Assembly: GCA_965242725.1 (NCBI GenBank)
Contig: CBDESZ010000003.1
Coordinates: 81,524 to 145,523 of the forward strand
DNA length: 64,000 bases
Origin: Alkalispirochaeta sp.
GTDB lineage: Bacteria; Spirochaetota; Spirochaetia; DSM-27196; Alkalispirochaetaceae
Direction: 5' to 3'
Shown here: positions 29,532-39,233 of the stretch, in pieces
Layout of the letters: every line of letters begins with the position of its first letter
Position numbering within the stretch: the first letter of the stretch is position 1
The notes under the pieces: model-generated
The model's database searches: none
Told to the model about the DNA's origin: nothing
The model's input: only the letters and a program-made list of their open reading frames with translations
Position numbers and translations under genes: made by a program

Positions 29532-30254
29532 CTACCCCTCAGCGGCACGTTGCTCCCGCTCCCTCGCCGCGGCGATAATCGCCTCGAAGAGCCTTTCCGT
29601 ATCCCGCCGCGTGAACCGCCGGAGAATGGTCTTCAGTCCAAAGAATGTGTCCTTGATTCCCGTAATGTTCTGCTGACGCATGTAGGTGTACCGGTGGCCT
29701 TCCCTGTTGACCTCCTGAAAGAGGTACACCCCTTCGCTGGAGGCCAGTTTGTCGTCGAGGGATTCAACCATGTGGTAGTGAAGAAATACACGCCGCGGCG
29801 TTTCATCCCGCAGGTCGATAAGTTCCGATCGCTGCCGGAGATGGTACGTTGCGTCAAATCCCATGAACCGAATTCCGACGACCTGCTCTTCCAGCACGGC
29901 GTTGCCGTCGCTCCCGGGAATCGGTTCCCACTCATATTCCTGTACTCGCGGTACGATTTCCTGTTGAGCGTCCCGGTCGGAGATCGTTTCGACCAGGGCG
30001 TCGAGGGACACGTCGGTAAGGATGTGAAAGTCCGAGAAGCTTCTTACCACGTCGACGCCACCCCGATTGACCTCCGACACCTCCGTTTCGATTTCGGCAA
30101 TTTCGTTTATGTCATCAAAGGGATAGTCAATTCGCCGGATCTCTATATCACCCGTCATGACCTGTGCGCCGACGGGAAGCGTGGACGCAGTGAGTATCAG
30201 CGTCGCAAGGAACAACACCGGAGTTGCCGTCGGGCGCGAAGTACTCCGTTTCAT
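29532..30254 (-). CDS. Exported START/SRPBCC-like protein
   Basis: Signal peptide ending VGA-Q; VSLDALVETISD...IVPRVQE, a run of strands and a C-terminal amphipathic helix fit the helix-grip pattern; TGtTATGCT 6 nt upstream of ATG 30254. Confidence 0.55.
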   Translation of the reverse strand: MKRSTSRPTATPVLFLATLILTASTLPVGAQVMTGDIEIRRIDYPFDDINEIAEIETEVSEVNRGGVDVVRSFSDFHILTDVSLDALVETISDRDAQQEIVPRVQEYEWEPIPGSDGNAVLEEQVVGIRFMGFDATYHLRQRSELIDLRDETPRRVFLHYHMVESLDDKLASSEGVYLFQEVNREGHRYTYMRQQNITGIKDTFFGLKTILRRFTRRDTERLFEAIIAAAREREQRAAEG

Positions 30255-30334
30255 GAAAAAAGCATAACAGGAAAATGAAACCGAATAAAGGTTGATACTA
30301 CATCTGTTCAGTCCGGCCCAACCCTGCGCCAGGG

Positions 30335-30465
30335 CGGCCCCTGTCGCCCGGCGGGGCCCAGCCCCGCCCAACCTGGCCCGGCCGAGCCTGCCCATGGCCG
30401 CCCAACTCAGACCAGCCCGGCCTGGCTCAACCCCGCCCCGTCCGGCCCGGCCCCTGTCGCCCGGC
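30335..30465. repeat. Degenerate CCCRG pentamer array bounded by 18-bp direct repeats
   Basis: cggcccctgtcgcccggc at 30335-30352 and 30448-30465; cccag ccccg cccaa cctgg cccgg ccgag... between them. Confidence 0.7.
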
Positions 30466-30572
30466 CGGGGCGGGAAGTTGTCGAAATTCCACCGCCGGTA
30501 GAAGCGGCATGACCACTTTCCCCATGAGAAGGGATATGGAATCCCATTCGCCCACCCTGACACGCCTGTTTC

Positions 30573-31562
30573 ATGACGAGTTTACCCGGCCACTCCCAAA
30601 TACAACGACGCAACGACCGGCCTGCGGCGATTGTCGCGCCGCGGGCTCCAACGTCGCACTCATTTCTGGAGTACCATCGATCACGGGATGAGCTGCGGGG
30701 TCTGTCCCTCGCCGTTGCGGAAGGCCTTGACGGCTGTCAGGCGGGAGAAAGCGGCGGGTACATTCTCGTACGGAGCGATCTGCCGGCCGAGCTTTACCTG
30801 GAGGTTCCCTTTGTCCGCCGTGCATGGCGTCTCATAGATGGGTTGAATGAGCCGGGGCCCTTTGCGTCGATTCCCGTCACCCGCTATGTCGGCTCGTGGT
30901 CGACGAACCGATATCTCGCGGAGGGGACCCTGGGGTATCGGTTTGACCCGCGGTCGGTCTCAAGTATTCTGGAGGAGTGCGGACTTATCCACGTGGACCC
31001 CGTGAACGGGATGATCACCACCCCGCGCCGCGGACATGGTTTACCGCGGGAGACTTTTACCGGGACCTCTTTTTTCCGCTTTCTGAATCGTCACACCTGG
31101 AAATTTGACGACGGCCTTCCTCAGCTGTCGTTTGTCCGGCGCAACGGGCTCCTGCTGCTTCTGCTGTTGATACGCAGTCCCTCCGGTCTGACGGCGTACG
31201 ATCTGGCCGATGTGCTGATCGCCGTGGCACACATCAGGGGAATTCCGGAAAGCCCCCTGGCCTGGCTGGACGACCGTCAGGTCATGGCAGCGGTAATTCA
31301 GGGGCGCCTCTTTCATCGCGTCGGACCCATGCTCGGGCTTGTGGAGCCTGTTCCCGATGAGGAACGCGTTCCCCCGAGCGCGGATTGCGGCAGGCCGTCG
31401 CCCCGTCGTGTAATCGCGCCGGTCGGCCGGACGCAGTCGGTCCGTGAAGGAGCGTCGGCCAACCGGCTGAACTGCCGCTCCCGGCCTTCCTGCCGGGACG
31501 CCCTCAGTCGCGGGTATCGCCTGACACCCTTTGCCCGTCGCGTCATGTGTCGTCAGATCTAG
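30573..31562 (+). CDS. Hypothetical protein
   Basis: 329-codon ORF filling the gap; no recognised motif; start uncertain. Confidence 0.45.
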   Translation: MTSLPGHSQIQRRNDRPAAIVAPRAPTSHSFLEYHRSRDELRGLSLAVAEGLDGCQAGESGGYILVRSDLPAELYLEVPFVRRAWRLIDGLNEPGPFASIPVTRYVGSWSTNRYLAEGTLGYRFDPRSVSSILEECGLIHVDPVNGMITTPRRGHGLPRETFTGTSFFRFLNRHTWKFDDGLPQLSFVRRNGLLLLLLLIRSPSGLTAYDLADVLIAVAHIRGIPESPLAWLDDRQVMAAVIQGRLFHRVGPMLGLVEPVPDEERVPPSADCGRPSPRRVIAPVGRTQSVREGASANRLNCRSRPSCRDALSRGYRLTPFARRVMCRQI

Positions 31563-31708
31563 GAATAGAACGGCGCGACCCTGCCGCGGAGCGGACCGTC
31601 CCGACGGGGCGGCCGTGTTCAAAGCGCCCGTGTTCAGAAGTTGAATCGACAAAAGGGAATGCATAATCCGCCGTCCTGAGTTACTATGAGTACACTCGAG
31701 GAGGTAGG

Positions 31709-33232
31709 ATGACAGTTCTTGAAACACGACATATCGTCAAGCGATTCCCAAAGGTTCTCGCCAATGACGATATCAATATATCCCTCCAAGAGGGTGAGAT
31801 ACTTTGTCTGCTCGGTGAAAATGGCGCGGGAAAGAGTACCCTCATGAACGTGCTGTACGGTCTGTACAAGCCGACGGCGGGGCAGATCGTCCTGAACGGT
31901 TCCGCCGTTGAGTTTTCTTCTCCCAGGGACGCCATCGATCAGGGACTCGGAATGGTGCATCAGCACTTTATGCTTGTGGAGACGCTGACCGTCACGGAGA
32001 ATATCATTCTCGGCGCGGAGCCCGGTGCGGGTCCGCAAATCGACTACAAAGCCGCCCGGAAACAGGTGAAAGAGCTCAGCGAGCGTCACGGACTCAGGAT
32101 AGATCCCGATGAAAAGATCATGAACCTCTCCGTGGGACTGCAGCAGCGGGTGGAGATTCTCAAGGCCCTCTATCGTCAGGCAAAGATTCTCATTCTCGAC
32201 GAACCGACCGCGGTATTGACGCCCCAGGAGGTGGAAGAGCTCTTTACCGTTATTCGGGGTCTCCGGGAAAACGGAGTTTCGATTATAATCATCACCCACA
32301 AACTGGAAGAGGTGAAGGAAATCTCCGATCGCGTCTATATCCTCAGGCGCGGACGGATAGAAGGGGAACGGCGCACCGCGGACGTCACCAAGGAAGAGCT
32401 TGCCAATCTAATGGTTGGACGTGACGTGGTGCTCACCGTGGAGCGGACAAAGAGGTCTGTTGCGGGAGATCCCGTCTTCTCCATAGACAATCTGGTAGTA
32501 CGGGACGATCGCGGCGTGAATGCAGTAGACGGCCTTTCTCTTGAAGTACGGCCCGGTGAGATCGTCGGTATAGCCGGGGTCGACGGAAACGGTCAGTCCG
32601 AACTCGCCGATGTAATCATGGGTTTGAGAAAAGCAACCGCCGGCGTGCTCCGGCACCGCGGGACCGACATCGCGGGACTTACCACAAAGGAGCGAATTCA
32701 CCGAAAAATCAGCTACGTTCCCGCCGACCGACATAGGTACGGGCTGGTGCTTCCCTTTACCGTTGCAGAAAACATCGCCATCGGCTATCACGACCGGCCG
32801 CCCAACGCGCGCTACAAAGGCTGGTCCCTCGATTACGGGGCGATAAACGAGCATGCAGAGTCGCTTATCGGCGATTTCGATATCCGTACATCGGGACCGT
32901 CCGCCGCGGCGGGGACGCTGTCGGGGGGAAATCAGCAGAAGGTCATCCTCGCCCGAGAGTTGACGAGGGACCCCAATTTTCTGCTTGTGAACCAGCCGAC
33001 CCGCGGTCTTGACGTAGGCGCGATCGAGTACATTCATTCCCAGATTCTCGCGATGCGTGACAAGGACGTGGGAATTCTGCTCATATCCCTTGAGCTTGAG
33101 GAGATTTTCGCCCTGGCGGATCGGGTACTCGTCATCTACGAGGGAGCAATCGTGCGGGAGTTTGCTACGGAAGAGACCGACGAACGGGAAGTCGGGTTTT
33201 ACATGACCGGTGGAAAGGAGCGTGCATCATGA
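31709..33232 (+). CDS. Nucleoside/sugar ABC transporter ATP-binding protein (duplicated NBD)
   Basis: GENGAGKST, MVHQHFML, DEPTAVLTPQE, LSGGNQQK, QPTRGLDVGA; GAGGAGG RBS. Confidence 0.95.
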   Translation: MTVLETRHIVKRFPKVLANDDINISLQEGEILCLLGENGAGKSTLMNVLYGLYKPTAGQIVLNGSAVEFSSPRDAIDQGLGMVHQHFMLVETLTVTENIILGAEPGAGPQIDYKAARKQVKELSERHGLRIDPDEKIMNLSVGLQQRVEILKALYRQAKILILDEPTAVLTPQEVEELFTVIRGLRENGVSIIIITHKLEEVKEISDRVYILRRGRIEGERRTADVTKEELANLMVGRDVVLTVERTKRSVAGDPVFSIDNLVVRDDRGVNAVDGLSLEVRPGEIVGIAGVDGNGQSELADVIMGLRKATAGVLRHRGTDIAGLTTKERIHRKISYVPADRHRYGLVLPFTVAENIAIGYHDRPPNARYKGWSLDYGAINEHAESLIGDFDIRTSGPSAAAGTLSGGNQQKVILARELTRDPNFLLVNQPTRGLDVGAIEYIHSQILAMRDKDVGILLISLELEEIFALADRVLVIYEGAIVREFATEETDEREVGFYMTGGKERAS

Positions 33233-34548
33233 GTGAAGGACGAACTTCCGCGACCGCCCGCACGGTACCCCGTCTTCTGTTGGCTGCAACTGTACTGCTC
33301 GGCGCAGCGGGTACCGTGTTGTGGCTGGGCGCCGCGATGAGCCGCAATGAGACCTCCTATTTCTGGGGTATCTGGCTTCTCGTTGCAGCCGTTGTGGTAT
33401 ATCTCGCCCGGGTGTACGTGCTTTCCGGACGCGGTGCTGTCGTTGAAATTATCCGGCGAAGCGCCCGGAAAATGGTTGTACCAGTGCTGGGTGTCGTGAT
33501 TGCGATACTCATCGGTGGAATTCTCATGCTGGTCACGGGCTACGACCCGGTGAAAGCGTACAGCGCGCTCTTCTTCGGCGGCCTTGTACGCAACTGGCAT
33601 ATTTCGGTGCTCAACGCGGCGCCGCTGATTTTTACGGCCCTCTCGGTAGCCTTTGCCTTCAAGGCGGGACTCTTTAATATCGGTGCGGAAGGACAGTATT
33701 ACCTCGGTGCCATGGCCGCAACGTGGCTCAGCCTCCGGCTGGCATTACCCGGCGTGGTGAGCATCCCCCTGGTTTTTGTCTTTGCCGGATTGCTTGGTGC
33801 CGCCTGGACGATCATCCCGGCCTATCTCAAGGTGCGTACCGGGGCGCATGAGGTCATTACGACGATGATGCTTGCCCATACGGCGCGCTATCTTTCTCCG
33901 ATTTTCATTCGCGCCAACGGCGGAGATCCCGCCACCAGCACGCACCCCTATGTCACGAATACCCTTCCCGAGGCGACGTGGCTTCCCCGTTTTCAGCAGT
34001 TTCTTCCCGATGCAAACTATCGGGTGCACACGGGTATACTCCTGGCGATCGTGGTCGCCCTGGTCATTCACTACATCCTTTATCACACAACGGTGGGATT
34101 TGAAATTCGAGCGGTCGGCGAAAACAAGGACGCCGCCCGGGCACAGGGCATTTCTGTAGGGAAGAACATCTTTCGGGCGCTCCTGATTGCCGGTTTTCTC
34201 GCCGGACTGGCGGGGTTCAATCAGGTCAACGGTCTGGACCACCGATTGTTTGAAAACCTTCAGGCCGGTTACGGTTGGAACGGCATTTCCGTCGCCCTTC
34301 TCGCAGGGGGCAACCCCATCGGCGTCGTCTTCACCGGTATTCTCTGGGGTATTCTCGATGCGGGAGGACAATTCATGGCCCGGACAACGCAGACACCGAG
34401 TGCCATCGTGGAAATAGTAAAAGGCACGGTCCTCTTCCTCGTCGTCGCCCGGTACATTTATACAGCCATCGGCAACTGGCGACGAAAGAAGAAACTGCGA
34501 CGTGATGCGGAGAGTTCCTTCTCCGCCGCAACCGAGGGAGGGGCCTGA
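33229..34548 (+). CDS. Nucleoside ABC transporter permease
   Basis: GLFNIGAEGQ, GAHEVITTMML, GFEIRAVGEN, GYGWNGISVALL. Confidence 0.9.
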   Translation: MSEGRTSATARTVPRLLLAATVLLGAAGTVLWLGAAMSRNETSYFWGIWLLVAAVVVYLARVYVLSGRGAVVEIIRRSARKMVVPVLGVVIAILIGGILMLVTGYDPVKAYSALFFGGLVRNWHISVLNAAPLIFTALSVAFAFKAGLFNIGAEGQYYLGAMAATWLSLRLALPGVVSIPLVFVFAGLLGAAWTIIPAYLKVRTGAHEVITTMMLAHTARYLSPIFIRANGGDPATSTHPYVTNTLPEATWLPRFQQFLPDANYRVHTGILLAIVVALVIHYILYHTTVGFEIRAVGENKDAARAQGISVGKNIFRALLIAGFLAGLAGFNQVNGLDHRLFENLQAGYGWNGISVALLAGGNPIGVVFTGILWGILDAGGQFMARTTQTPSAIVEIVKGTVLFLVVARYIYTAIGNWRRKKKLRRDAESSFSAATEGGA

Positions 34549-34549
34549 A

Positions 34550-35500
34550 ATGTTTGACTATGACTTTGTCGTAAACTTGCTTGCCGCAATGATTCGAAAC
34601 GCCACCCCCATCGCTCTTGCCGCAATCGGTGCCGTCGTGTGTGAGCGATCGGGGATCGTAAATATCGCCATGGAAGGGATCATGACCGTTGGTGCCTTCG
34701 TCGCGGCGATCGTCGCGGGAGCGACGGGAAATCCCTGGATCGGACTCGTGGCGGCGATATTCTTCGGGGGGATGTTCAGCCTTCTTCACGCGGTCGCCAC
34801 GGTAAGCCTCCATTTGGACCATGTGGTCAGCGGGGCGGTCCTCAACGTGCTTGCGCTGGGGATTACCGCATATCTTATGATTCTCATTGTAGGCCATCCC
34901 GGCACGACCGATTCGATCCCGAACAGCCTCGGCGACTTGCGCTGGGCGATTCCCGTCCTGTCCGGCATTCCCGTCCTTGGACGGATGTTTTTCGATCAGA
35001 CGCCGATCGTCTACTTCAGTTTCATTCTGATCGCCTTTTTCACCTGGTTTCTCTCCCGGACCAAGCTGGGGCTGCACGTTCGTGCAGCCGGGGAACACCC
35101 CCTTGCCCTGGAGACGATCGGTGTGTCGGTCTACAAGATGCGGTACTTCGGCGTCCTCGTCAGCGGACTGGTCGGCGGAATGGCCGGCGCCTATCTCTCA
35201 ATTGAGGGCAACGTCAGCTTTACCGAAGGCATGACGGGGGGACGCGGATTCATCGCCATGGCGGCGATGATATCTGGAGGATGGCATCCGGTCGGTGCCT
35301 TTATCGCGGCGCTCTTCTTCGGATTTGCCGATGCCCTCCAGGTCCGGCTTCAGGTCTTTGAAGTCGCCAATGTGCCCGAGGAGATTTTTATCATCCTGCC
35401 CTACGTTCTCACGGTAGTTGCCGTGGCGGGACTCGTGCGCCGCAGCCGGCCGCCCAAAGCGGTAGGTACCGATTTTATGATTGAACGGAACGAAGAGTGA
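34550..35500 (+). CDS. Nucleoside ABC transporter permease
   Basis: ERSGIVNIAMEG, RAAGEHP, GRGFIAMAA, LPYVLT; ATG 34550 with GGAGG upstream. Confidence 0.9.
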   Translation: MFDYDFVVNLLAAMIRNATPIALAAIGAVVCERSGIVNIAMEGIMTVGAFVAAIVAGATGNPWIGLVAAIFFGGMFSLLHAVATVSLHLDHVVSGAVLNVLALGITAYLMILIVGHPGTTDSIPNSLGDLRWAIPVLSGIPVLGRMFFDQTPIVYFSFILIAFFTWFLSRTKLGLHVRAAGEHPLALETIGVSVYKMRYFGVLVSGLVGGMAGAYLSIEGNVSFTEGMTGGRGFIAMAAMISGGWHPVGAFIAALFFGFADALQVRLQVFEVANVPEEIFIILPYVLTVVAVAGLVRRSRPPKAVGTDFMIERNEE

Positions 35501-35569
35501 CGGGCGTCGACGGCCTTCCGGTCGTCGGTCCGCCGACCGAGCAATTCGCCGAAAAAGACTTTTCCGTGA

Positions 35570-35598
35570 TTGTGTAGTGATTCCACGGGGTGTATACT
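35570..35598 (+). promoter_or_regulatory. Internal sigma70 promoter for the binding protein
   Basis: TTGTGT-17 nt-TATACT, then AGGAGG before ATG 35641. Confidence 0.55.
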
Positions 35599-35640
35599 GA
35601 CACTCCAAATTCTGATACATCCCAAAAGGAGGGATTGGTT

Positions 35641-36723
35641 ATGAAGAAATACTCAGGTGTACTCCTTGTACTCGTCGCAGTTCTGGCACTTGTCTTCGTC
35701 GGGTGCAGCCGTGATGAGGCTCCCGCGTCTGACGCTGCCGAAGCCGCTCCTGCGGAGGAAGCTGAACCGATGATCGCCGCCATGGCTACCGACGTCGGTG
35801 GTCTCGGTGACAAGAGCTTTAACGACGGCGCATACGCCGGTCTTGAAATGGGTGCGGAGCTCGGTTTTGAGGCGCGTGTCGTCGAGTCCAACCAGCAGAC
35901 CGACTACATTCCCAACCTGACCGGCCTTGCCGAAGACGGTGCGGACATCGTCTTTGCCGTTGGATTCCTCATGGAAGAGGCGGTCAAGGAAGCGGCCCGG
36001 ATGAATCCCGACACCTACTTCGGCGGCATCGATATCGGCGGGGACCCGGACATTCCCAACCTGCAGGGCATTCTCTATCAGGAAGAGCAGAGTGGATTTC
36101 TCGCCGGCGTGGTTGCAGGACACATGACCGCGGAATACTCCGATGCGTCTCCCAAACTCAATCCGGATCCCATCGTCGGTGTCGTTCTCGGTATGTTCAT
36201 TCCGCCGGTCGAGCGCTTTGAGGTCGGGTTTATCCAGGGTGTGAAATATGCAAATCCCGATGTCCGGGTGCTTTCCGTTACGGCCGGTGACTTCACCGAT
36301 CAGGCCCGTGGCCGTGAAGCAGCCGTTGCAATGATCGAGCAGGGCGCGGATATCGTCTTCCACGCCGCCGGTCTGACCGGTCTCGGTGCAATTCAGGCGG
36401 CCCGTGAAAACGGCGCACTCGCAATCGGTGTAGACGTCGACCAGAACAGTGTCGCTCCCGACACCGTTCTAACAAGCGCCATCAAGAAGATACCCGAATC
36501 GGTGTATGTCGTTCTTGAAAGCGTTGCAAACGGTACCTTTGAAGGCGGAACACACGCATACGGTCTCGCGGAGGATGCCACCGGCATCGCTCCCTTCCAC
36601 GGGTTCGACAGTGTTGTTCCCCAGGCCGTGAAGGATGCGGTTGCGGATGCCCGGGCACAAATCCTCTCCGGAGAGATAGAAGTCGCCAAGACCCGCGCCG
36701 AAATCGCAGATCTCATCGACTGA
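35641..36723 (+). CDS. BMP/PnrA-family purine nucleoside-binding lipoprotein
   Basis: Lipobox FVGC; TDVGGLGDKSFN, AAGLTGLG, AIGVDVDQ, LTSAIK. Confidence 0.92.
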   Translation: MKKYSGVLLVLVAVLALVFVGCSRDEAPASDAAEAAPAEEAEPMIAAMATDVGGLGDKSFNDGAYAGLEMGAELGFEARVVESNQQTDYIPNLTGLAEDGADIVFAVGFLMEEAVKEAARMNPDTYFGGIDIGGDPDIPNLQGILYQEEQSGFLAGVVAGHMTAEYSDASPKLNPDPIVGVVLGMFIPPVERFEVGFIQGVKYANPDVRVLSVTAGDFTDQARGREAAVAMIEQGADIVFHAAGLTGLGAIQAARENGALAIGVDVDQNSVAPDTVLTSAIKKIPESVYVVLESVANGTFEGGTHAYGLAEDATGIAPFHGFDSVVPQAVKDAVADARAQILSGEIEVAKTRAEIADLID

Positions 36724-36812
36724 TCGCGGCTGTCTCCGCTGCGGTACTTCGTGTACCGGCGGGGTGGATGAACTGCGCCTCGATGAGTCGCAGTCTCCGT
36801 GATACACTGCAA

Positions 36813-36843
36813 GCCGGGTGGTATTCGTACCGCCCGGTTTTTT
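36813..36843 (+). terminator. Intrinsic terminator
   Basis: ccgggtggta-TTCG-taccgcccgg followed by tttttt. Confidence 0.85.
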
Positions 36844-36892
36844 ATTGCCCCGCCGGCGAACGACGGGGGACTGACAAACTCAGGAGTGCATT

Positions 36893-37714
36893 ATGGATAA
36901 TCGAATGACCGCGGTCCGAAAGGCCGTTGAATATATTTCGTCCAGAACGTCCTTTCGACCTGAAATTGGGTTGATACTCGGCAGCGGGCTCGGCGTTCTC
37001 GGCGACGATATACCCGACGCGGATACAATCGACTACGCGGATATTCCCGGATTTCCGGTAAGTACCGTGGAAGGCCACGCGGGACGTCTCGTCTTCGGCG
37101 AGTTGGGCGGCAAACGGGTCGTTATCATGCAGGGACGATTTCACTATTACGAGGGCTACACCATGGACGAGGTGGTCTTTCCCGTCCGGGTGATGAAGCT
37201 CCTGGGTGTCGGGACGATGGTGGTGACCAACGCCGCCGGCGGCGTCAATACTGCCTTTGCCCCCGGGGACCTGATGATCATAACCGACCACATAAAGCTC
37301 TTCACCGACAGCCCTCTGCGGGGACACAACATCGATGAGCTGGGGCCGCGATTCAACGATATGAGTACCGCCTACACACCGGAGTTGCGGAGCATCGCCC
37401 TCGAAACGGCGCGACGAATCGGAATCGACGTACGTCAGGGAGTGTACGCCCACATGGCGGGACCGAGTTTCGAGACGCCCGCTGAAATCCGCATGCTTCG
37501 CACCCTGGGGGCCGACGCGGTGGGCATGTCCACCGTGCCGGAAGTAATCGCAGCGGCTCACGCCTCGATGAAGGTCCTCGGCATCAGTGCAATAAGCAAC
37601 ATGGCCGCAGGGATTCTCGATCAGCCTCTCAACCATGCGGAGGTGATGGAGACGGGACGGATGGTTCGCGACAAGTTTGCGGGCCTGGTACAGGCGATCG
37701 TGGAGGCGCTGTAA
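36893..37714 (+). CDS. punA: Purine-nucleoside phosphorylase (trimeric type)
   Basis: ILGSGLG, STVEGHAG, QGRFHYYEG, TNAAGG, GPSFETPAE, VGMSTVPE, SNMAAG. Confidence 0.95.
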   Translation: MDNRMTAVRKAVEYISSRTSFRPEIGLILGSGLGVLGDDIPDADTIDYADIPGFPVSTVEGHAGRLVFGELGGKRVVIMQGRFHYYEGYTMDEVVFPVRVMKLLGVGTMVVTNAAGGVNTAFAPGDLMIITDHIKLFTDSPLRGHNIDELGPRFNDMSTAYTPELRSIALETARRIGIDVRQGVYAHMAGPSFETPAEIRMLRTLGADAVGMSTVPEVIAAAHASMKVLGISAISNMAAGILDQPLNHAEVMETGRMVRDKFAGLVQAIVEAL

Positions 37715-37716
37715 CC

Positions 37717-39054
37717 ATGTCCGAAAACAATGCAATGCCCGCCAACATCCTTGTCGACCCCGGCCTTGCCGGGGAGGGAAACAGAAAGATCGAGTGGGTA
37801 CGGCGAAACATGCCCATCCTTCGTGGCCTGGAAGAGCGCTTTCGGGCGGAACAGCCCTTCCGGGGACTGCGAGCGGCGGTAAGTGTTCACCTGGAGGCAA
37901 AGACGGCCTACCTTGCCCTCGTCCTCGCCGCCGGCGGGGCGGAAGTCTCCGTAACCGGAAGCAACCCCCTCTCCACAAAGGACGACGTCGTCGCGGCCCT
38001 CGCGGAACGGGGGCTCCATGTATACGCGGTCCACGGTGCGGATCAGGCGGAGTTCCATCGCCATCAGCAGACCGCCCTTCACATCAGACCGCATATCGTC
38101 ATTGACGACGGCGGCGATCTCGTCCACCACCTTCATGAAGGGGCCACCGCGCACGCGACGGACGTCATCGGGGCGTGTGAAGAGACCACCGCCGGCGTGC
38201 TCAGAAACAACGCGCGTGCGGCGGCGGGCAAGCTCACGTTTCCCGTCATCGCCGTCAACGACGCCTACATGAAACACCTCTTCGACAATCGGTACGGCAC
38301 GGGACAGAGTACGATGGACGCCATCATGCGCACCACCAACCTTCTCGTCACGGGAACGACCGTCGTCGTCGCCGGGTACGGCTGGTGCGGTCGCGGTATC
38401 GCCAGAAGTGCCGCCGGACTGGGAGCGCGGGTCATCGTCTGCGAAGTGGATGAAATCAAGGCACTCGAAGCGGTCATGGACGGATACGCCGTCATGCCCA
38501 TGGCCGACGCCGCCTCCCGGGGTGACTATTTCATCACAACCACCGGCGTGAAAGATATCATCACGGTGAATCACATGACGAAGATGAAAGACGGAGCTGT
38601 TCTCGCGAATGCGGGACACTTTTACGACGAAATCGATCTGGATGATCTGGCCGCCGTCGCGATCGAAAAAACCGCGGTACGGGAAAACCTCACCTCCTAC
38701 CGGCTGAGTGGGCGCTCCGGGGCCGTCGCAGGCGCCTCCGACAAATGGATCAATGTCATTGCCGACGGGAAAATAGTGAACATCTCCGCCGCCGACGGCC
38801 ACCCGGCTGAAATCATGGACACCAGCTTCGCCGTCCAGGCGTTGAGCGCGGAATACCTCGCCCGGAGCGCCCGCACTGATCGCGATTCCGGCGCCACCGG
38901 CGCCGCCGCCGGGTTATCGCTGCCGTCGGAGGTCATCCCCGTACCCCGGGAGATCGACTACGCCGTTGCCCGACTGCGTCTGGAAGCAATAGGCGTGTGT
39001 CACGACCATCTCACCGATGAGCAGGAGGCGTATCTTCGGGACTTTGAGAAGTAG
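37717..39054 (+). CDS. ahcY: Adenosylhomocysteinase (short, Thermotoga/archaeal-like type)
   Basis: HLEAKTA, SNPLST, IDDGGD, EETTAG, KHLFDNRYGTGQS, GYGWCGRG, NAGHF, GHPAEIMDTSF. Confidence 0.95.
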   Translation: MSENNAMPANILVDPGLAGEGNRKIEWVRRNMPILRGLEERFRAEQPFRGLRAAVSVHLEAKTAYLALVLAAGGAEVSVTGSNPLSTKDDVVAALAERGLHVYAVHGADQAEFHRHQQTALHIRPHIVIDDGGDLVHHLHEGATAHATDVIGACEETTAGVLRNNARAAAGKLTFPVIAVNDAYMKHLFDNRYGTGQSTMDAIMRTTNLLVTGTTVVVAGYGWCGRGIARSAAGLGARVIVCEVDEIKALEAVMDGYAVMPMADAASRGDYFITTTGVKDIITVNHMTKMKDGAVLANAGHFYDEIDLDDLAAVAIEKTAVRENLTSYRLSGRSGAVAGASDKWINVIADGKIVNISAADGHPAEIMDTSFAVQALSAEYLARSARTDRDSGATGAAAGLSLPSEVIPVPREIDYAVARLRLEAIGVCHDHLTDEQEAYLRDFEK

Positions 39055-39233
39055 GGGAGGGGCGGCGCCTGGGTGCGAGAAAGCGGCGCCGAATTGCATG
39101 CAGGTCGTGCCCGGGTGCCGCGAAGGCCGCGTCCCACCGCCTGCGGGTGGTGCCGCCCGGTCCCTTCCTTACAAAACTGTAATGATTCGGTAATCCTGCG
39201 GTAATCGCCGTTGGGTACTCCTCACAGATAGCC

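Noticed and set aside
30335..30465. Direct repeats as a mini-CRISPR
   Set aside because: Only two 18-bp copies, the 95-bp interval is itself low-complexity, and no cas genes are present
30255..30563. N-terminal extension of ORF 29532-30563 (GRAG-rich)
   Set aside because: It is a translation of the pentamer array; the signal peptide and promoter place the start at 30254
31575..31632. ctgccgcggagcg...gcgcccg resembling the start of an SAH riboswitch, upstream of an operon containing ahcY
   Set aside because: Lacks the conserved GAGCG-YUGC and CAGGCUC core; the resemblance is short and GC-rich
36723..36803. Three-way junction as a hammerhead ribozyme or purine riboswitch
   Set aside because: No CUGANGA/GAAA core and no purine-riboswitch junction motifs; kept only as an unknown structure
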